Source: Crocosphaera subtropica ATCC 51142
Lineage (GTDB): Bacteria > Cyanobacteriota > Cyanobacteriia > Cyanobacteriales > Microcystaceae
Direction: 5' to 3'
Length of the DNA stretch: 32,000 nt
Assembly: GCF_000017845.1 (NCBI RefSeq)
Contig: NC_010546.1
Span: forward strand, 3,600,001 to 3,632,000
Part shown: one piece after another, positions 15,701 to 20,350 of the stretch
Layout of the letters: every line of letters begins with the position of its first letter
Position numbering within the stretch: position 1 is the first letter of the stretch
Notes under the pieces: generated by a model
Told to the model about the DNA's origin: nothing
Database searches by the model: none
What the model saw: only the letters and a program-made list of their open reading frames with translations
Position numbers and translations under genes: made by a program

Positions 15701-17739
15701 AACTCTATCGCTATAGTAACTATGGTAGTGATGCTGCTGTATTTGTGTTAGATACTCGTTCCTTTCGTGATGATGCGTTAGAGGGTCCCGAAAACTTTTT
15801 AGATACAGGCGATCGCTTAGAGGTTTTAAATCAGTCTTTGACGCAAGATAGAACCTTATTAGGAAGTGTGCAACTTGCGGATCTTAAACAAGACTTATTA
15901 GACGCAGAAAATAATGGGATTACCTGGAAATTTGTTATGGTTCCTGAACCGATGCAAAACATCTTTCCGGGTATCAATACGGATGCGTTTGAAGGGTATG
16001 GAAAAGAACGCACAGAAATACTCAAATTTATCAACGAAAATAGCATTGACAATGTGGTTTTTGTGGCTGCTGATGTTCACACCACTTTTGTTAATAATCT
16101 CACTTATCAAGAAGAACCAGAAGGGGAACAAATTGCTACAAATGCGTTTGAAATAACGACCGGTGCCGTTGCTTTTGAGCAACCAACTGGAGAAATATTA
16201 GGTAATTTATTTACAGCAGGAAATGCTAGTTTACAAACCTTTTATGATTCTCTACCGATTGCACCAGATACTGATGACCTTCCTAATGATAAAGACGATT
16301 TTGTTAAACAAGCAATCAACAATGTTTTATTAAATTCATTAGGATTTGATCCGTTAGGACTGAATAATAATCTACCCCAAGCAGAAGGATTAATTGATGC
16401 TACTTTGATACAAGGTGATTATTTTGTCGGTCATACTTATGGTTGGACAGAGTTTGATATTGACCCAGAAACACAGCAATTGAAGGTAATCACCTACGGA
16501 ATTGAGGCTTATTCTGAAGATGAGTTACTCGCTGATATTGACAATATTACTTCTCGTCAGCCGAAAATTGTTAGTGAATTTGTTGTTAATTCTACTGTCA
16601 ATGGTTCTTTTCCTAAAACGGTTAACGGAACAGATAATGATGACTTTATTGACTCAGTTGATCCTGATAATGGTTTCAATTTTAATGGCGATAATCAAAT
16701 TCTTTTTGCTGGTTTAGGTAATGATTTTATTGACGTTACTTTTGCACCAGGAAACAACATAATTAACTTAGAAGAGGGTGATGATATTGTCTTTTCAGGA
16801 AGCAATAATACGTTAAATGGAGGAGAAGGGAAAGACACCTTTTTTGTGGGAACTGGTGGAGGAAATAACACCATTACCGGCGGTGAAAATGCTGATGATT
16901 TTGTCATTGTCACCGATGAACAAGACTTACCCATTGAACCGAATATTATTACCGATTTTAATCCGTCACAAGGAGATAAAATCAGCTTACTAAACACCAG
17001 TTTTGATTATAGCGATCGCGGATCATCTTGGAATACCATTCAAGACAATAATGACACCGTTATCACTGTCTTTGATCAACGGGTTGCTATCCTCAAAAAT
17101 ACCGATGCAGATAGCTTGACTTCCGATAATTTCTTCTTTTCTAATACCAATAATAATAATAATAATGTAACCCCTATCACTGAAGAGGAAAACGAACCGA
17201 TCAATACTGATAATTCAAATGCCACAAATTCCGATCCAATTATAGAAAATAATGACCCCAATAATATCCCTCAAAGTGATGATCAAGGAGAATTATTTGA
17301 CTTAAGAGAATTTGTTGGAAGACAAGTTCAAGCTGACTTTTTAGTCAGTCGGAGTGCTAGTTACAACAACTTTATTGGCTTTTATGAAATTGATGATTTG
17401 ACAGGAAGAATTGATGGTTTAACCCCAGGAGAAGAGGGTTATCAAGAAGCTGCTTTATCCCGTCAGGTATCAGCAATCGGTTTACAGGTTGAGGACAATG
17501 AGACTGCTAATATAACAGAATTTTTCACAGGAGGAAGTATTTATGCTCCTTTTATGATTGTTAAAGGTACCCCTGAAACTTTGAGAAAATCATCATCAAT
17601 TTACTTCCCATTTTTAGGAGCAAATAAAGACAATAAAGATCGTGTTCGTCTCCTAGCTCAAAATGTATTTGGGTTTGAAGATTCTAGGGATTTTGACTAC
17701 AATGATCTTATCGTTGAGACAACTTTAACAGTTATTTAG
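11569..17739 (+). CDS. 2056-aa multi-domain secreted-type phosphoesterase: EEP, phytase-like, beta-propeller phytase, PhoD-like, RTX cassette, poly-Asn linker and DUF4114
   Basis: It is a single uninterrupted ORF. The domain motifs are listed in the sub-features below. There is no signal peptide or Tat motif, because [14 protein letters not shown] is already the EEP core. Confidence 0.9.
   Translation: [2056 protein letters not shown]
12740..13790 (+). other. Phytase-like (esterase-like activity of phytase) domain
   Basis: The motifs are [61 protein letters not shown] and [20 protein letters not shown]. Confidence 0.65.
13800..14870 (+). other. Beta-propeller phytase (3-phytase, BPP) domain
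   Basis: It runs collinear with Bacillus PhyC as I recall it. [11 protein letters not shown] matches [28 protein letters not shown] and IDIAVVSDR follow. [25 protein letters not shown] matches [59 protein letters not shown] matches [34 protein letters not shown]. Confidence 0.9.
14900..16520 (+). other. PhoD-like metallophosphatase domain
   Basis: [19 protein letters not shown] is the PhoD N-terminal GVASGDP..sVvLWTR motif. [41 protein letters not shown] and FVAADVHT complete the series. Confidence 0.8.
16627..17142 (+). repeat. RTX/secretion cassette, diverged third copy, here internal rather than C-terminal
   Basis: [24 protein letters not shown]...[11 protein letters not shown]...[45 protein letters not shown]...[12 protein letters not shown] is collinear with the cassettes of genes 2 and 3. 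Confidence 0.8.
17149..17166 (+). repeat. (AAT)6 in-frame microsatellite encoding poly-Asn
   Basis: I read it directly as ccAATAATAATAATAATAATgt. It lies within an N/D/P/E-rich low-complexity linker (about 17140-17280). Confidence 0.95.
17284..17736 (+). other. DUF4114-like C-terminal domain
   Basis: The terminal segment [20 protein letters not shown] matches the remembered DUF4114 signature (GFED....D.D.ND.v). An upstream segment reads [19 protein letters not shown]. Confidence 0.6.
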
Positions 17740-17830
17740 GTTGACTGAAATCTTGCACCAGAACAAATAAACTTAATAACGTAAGTCGTCCGCACTCAGC
17801 GTTCAGCATTTCCTTAACGAAGTTTCGGCT

Positions 17831-17851
17831 CTAACTCTGAACTCCGAACTT
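17831..17851 (+). repeat. STRR-like degenerate heptamer tandem repeat (CTAACTC TGAACTC CGAACTT)
   Basis: I read it directly. The same unit family occurs at 22611-22645 and, inverted, at 25286-25306. Confidence 0.6.
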
Positions 17852-17921
17852 AGGTTAATTTAATCGAAGAAGCAAGATGTGAGCCTTCCACTAGCAGCGA
17901 TCGCTACTAGCAATAGATAGC

Positions 17922-17951
17922 AAGAAACACTTATTTTCCCATGTGTTTCTT
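17922..17951 (-). terminator. Hairpin between the convergent gene ends (AAGAAACAC-12 nt-GTGTTTCTT)
   Basis: The 9-bp stem is perfect and ends 5 nt beyond the stop codon of the S51 gene. No clear U-tract follows it. Confidence 0.4.
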
Positions 17952-17956
17952 AAGAG

Positions 17957-18973
17957 TTAGAAAGATTGTTTTCTCAATCCTGACTTACCCCCTACAGTGT
18001 ACCAATATTCCCATTGTCCTCCACTGGCCGTAGACCAGTCCTTTAAATCAAAATGACCACTTCCTTCGGGTGTTCCTGAAATTCGATAGGTTTTCACCGC
18101 TTTTCCATCATTATCCCAAATTAAAGGCCAGCCTGGTTCCATTTGTTCTGGTAAAGCTCCATTGGTCTGTAAAAAATAAGCATCTTGTCCACTCTTAGTT
18201 CCATTGCCAAACACCTGAGCAATACCTTGCTCATCGATCGCCATAAAAGCCCCTTCTTCGAGTCCAATGCCATAATGATCAAGTTGATTATTATCTTCAT
18301 GAATCACCTTAGCTAATAAACCCAATAGCCTTCCATAGCGAGTTTCTGGGTTCCATTGATTCAGTCGATCTAAATGGGTATCTGTCAGCACTTGGTGTAG
18401 GTAAGGGACTTGTAGAAAATCACTTCGATGAATATGTTCTGTATTATAGTGAAAGGGATCATTAAGAATTTCTGAACTAATAATTCCTTGATGGTCAGGA
18501 GAATAGTAATAGTCTCCTAAAATCGCCATTCCTGCACTGGTTCCAGCAATGGGGATTTTTTTTTCATTAATCACATAATTTAGGGTTTCCTCTGTTTTAG
18601 TGCCTTGCCAATATTCTTGATAATCATTTTGGTCGCCTCCTGCAATAAACAAAGCATCAGCATCAAGAATATAGTCCGTGACTTTTGAATTATTAGCTGC
18701 TTCCCGACTATCAATGGAAAGTTCGGCCGCAGAATGGATCCAATCTCGATAATGTTGACAAATCCAATCAGCTTGTCTGCCAATTCCTCCTACCCGAAGC
18801 ACTAAATATTTACCCCCGTTGGCTCGTTTTAAAAACCATTGGGTTGCCTCATGTTCTCCTGATTTATTCCCTTCGGCTCCCCCAATTAATAAACAGCCTG
18901 ATTGTGCTTTAATTGACTGATAGTCTCTGCCTTCACAAGCTAAATAATAATCGAAATCATATCGACTTCCCAT
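17957..18973 (-). CDS. Peptidase family S51 / cyanophycinase-like protein (338 aa)
   Basis: ALFIAGGDQNDY, IPIAGTSAGMAILG (a GxSxG-type nucleophile elbow as in cyanophycinase/PepE) and THLDRLNQWNPETRYGRLLGLLA (the D.H....R.GRL segment) support the call. There is no signal peptide. Confidence 0.65.
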   Translation of the reverse strand: MGSRYDFDYYLACEGRDYQSIKAQSGCLLIGGAEGNKSGEHEATQWFLKRANGGKYLVLRVGGIGRQADWICQHYRDWIHSAAELSIDSREAANNSKVTDYILDADALFIAGGDQNDYQEYWQGTKTEETLNYVINEKKIPIAGTSAGMAILGDYYYSPDHQGIISSEILNDPFHYNTEHIHRSDFLQVPYLHQVLTDTHLDRLNQWNPETRYGRLLGLLAKVIHEDNNQLDHYGIGLEEGAFMAIDEQGIAQVFGNGTKSGQDAYFLQTNGALPEQMEPGWPLIWDNDGKAVKTYRISGTPEGSGHFDLKDWSTASGGQWEYWYTVGGKSGLRKQSF

Positions 18974-19097
18974 AGTCAGTTATCCCTAATATTTCTTTTC
19001 TTTAAATATCTCACACATTTAACCTCAATAGCTAATTAATTTTTATTATGTTGTAACGAAAAATTAACAAGAGTAAATTGTGTCTTTATCTGCTTAA

Positions 19098-20306
19098 TTA
19101 GGAAATTAAAGTTAGAAATCTTTGAATCACGAAAGCATTAACAATATCGATAAAAAATGCCCCTACTAAGGGAACGATAATAAAAGCTTGAGATGAACCT
19201 CCAAATTGTGCCGTAACCGCTGTCATATTAGCGATCGCCGTTGGTGTTGCTCCCAATGTTAAGCCCGAATAACCGGCACAAATCACGGCCGCATCATAGT
19301 CTCTTCCCATCACAGGAAAAACTAAAAAAATCGTATAAATAATACAAACTATTAACTGCGTTAATAGCACAACGGCAATAGAAACACCAATATCGAGTAA
19401 CGTCCACAGTTGTAAACTCATCAATGAAATTGCTAAAAATAAACCCAAACTGACATCAGAAATTAATGCCAAAGACGGGGTATCACTCGGCCAAGGAAAG
19501 CGTTTAAACAGCAATGGAATGGTATTAGTCAGAATAATTCCTGCTAATAAACAAGTCACAAAATCAGGCAATCTTAAACCTATTAAAGTAGACAAATAAT
19601 TGATCTGAATTCCTAAACCAATGGTTATCCCAATGACTAACAGAGAATTGAGCATTGTATTATAATCAATTATTACATCTTTTTCTTGATGTTTAATACC
19701 AATTGTGAGGTTTTCGTCTTGGTCCTTGGTATTAAGTCGATGTTTGACAATCAACCATTTGGCAATGGGCCCGCCGACGATACCCCCTAACACTAAACCA
19801 AAGGTAGCACTGGCAATGCCAATTTCTAGGGCATTGGCAATATTGTAGGTTTCCGCAAAAATAGGGGACCAAGCGATCGCTGTTCCATGACCGCCACTGA
19901 GGGACACTGAACCTGAAAGGATGCCGATGGGCCGCTCTAACCCCATTAAAGCGGCCATCCCTAACCCTGTCAAATTTTGTAAGAAAAGATAACTCACCGC
20001 TATAGCTAAAAGAATTAACAAGGGTTTTCCCCCTTGCAGCAAGGTTTTCAGTTTAGAAGAGAGTCCAATAGTTGTAAAAAAGATAATCAAAAATAAATCA
20101 CGAATATTGAGAGCAAATTCAATTTCAACTTGAAAAACAGCATAAAGCAAACCAAAAACTAAGGACGCTAAAACTCCACCTGAAACTGCATCAGGGATAT
20201 TAAAATTTTGAAGAAATTTAATTTTTTTCGTCAAATACTTCCCAAGATACAACACTAAAATAGCGATAATAATGGTCTGTCGAATATCGAGTAAAATAGT
20301 ATTCAT
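19098..20306 (-). CDS. gltS: Sodium/glutamate symporter GltS (402 aa)
   Basis: The protein is polytopic and matches E. coli GltS in length (about 401 aa). The N-terminus is collinear: ...LGKYLTKKIKFLQNFNIPDAVSGGVL...IRDLFLIIFFTTIGLSSKL against LGRKLVHSVSFLKKYTIPEPVAGGLL...LRDPLMLAFFATIGLNA. Confidence 0.85.
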   Translation of the reverse strand: MNTILLDIRQTIIIAILVLYLGKYLTKKIKFLQNFNIPDAVSGGVLASLVFGLLYAVFQVEIEFALNIRDLFLIIFFTTIGLSSKLKTLLQGGKPLLILLAIAVSYLFLQNLTGLGMAALMGLERPIGILSGSVSLSGGHGTAIAWSPIFAETYNIANALEIGIASATFGLVLGGIVGGPIAKWLIVKHRLNTKDQDENLTIGIKHQEKDVIIDYNTMLNSLLVIGITIGLGIQINYLSTLIGLRLPDFVTCLLAGIILTNTIPLLFKRFPWPSDTPSLALISDVSLGLFLAISLMSLQLWTLLDIGVSIAVVLLTQLIVCIIYTIFLVFPVMGRDYDAAVICAGYSGLTLGATPTAIANMTAVTAQFGGSSQAFIIVPLVGAFFIDIVNAFVIQRFLTLIS

Positions 20307-20350
20307 AACTTAAAATTTAACGCCTCTATCCAGATAGTTGATATTTACAT

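Noticed and set aside
11870-17261. Nested ORFs inside the 2056-aa gene (for example 11870-12091, 12891-13094, 13188-13493, 14829-15137, 15831-16182, 16502-16997, 17076-17261)
   Set aside because: The reasoning is the same. They are shadows of a motif-supported giant ORF.
18580-18783. 67-aa ORF inside the S51 peptidase gene, and 31407-31721(+) inside the permease gene
   Set aside because: They are off-frame or antisense to better-supported genes and have no independent evidence.
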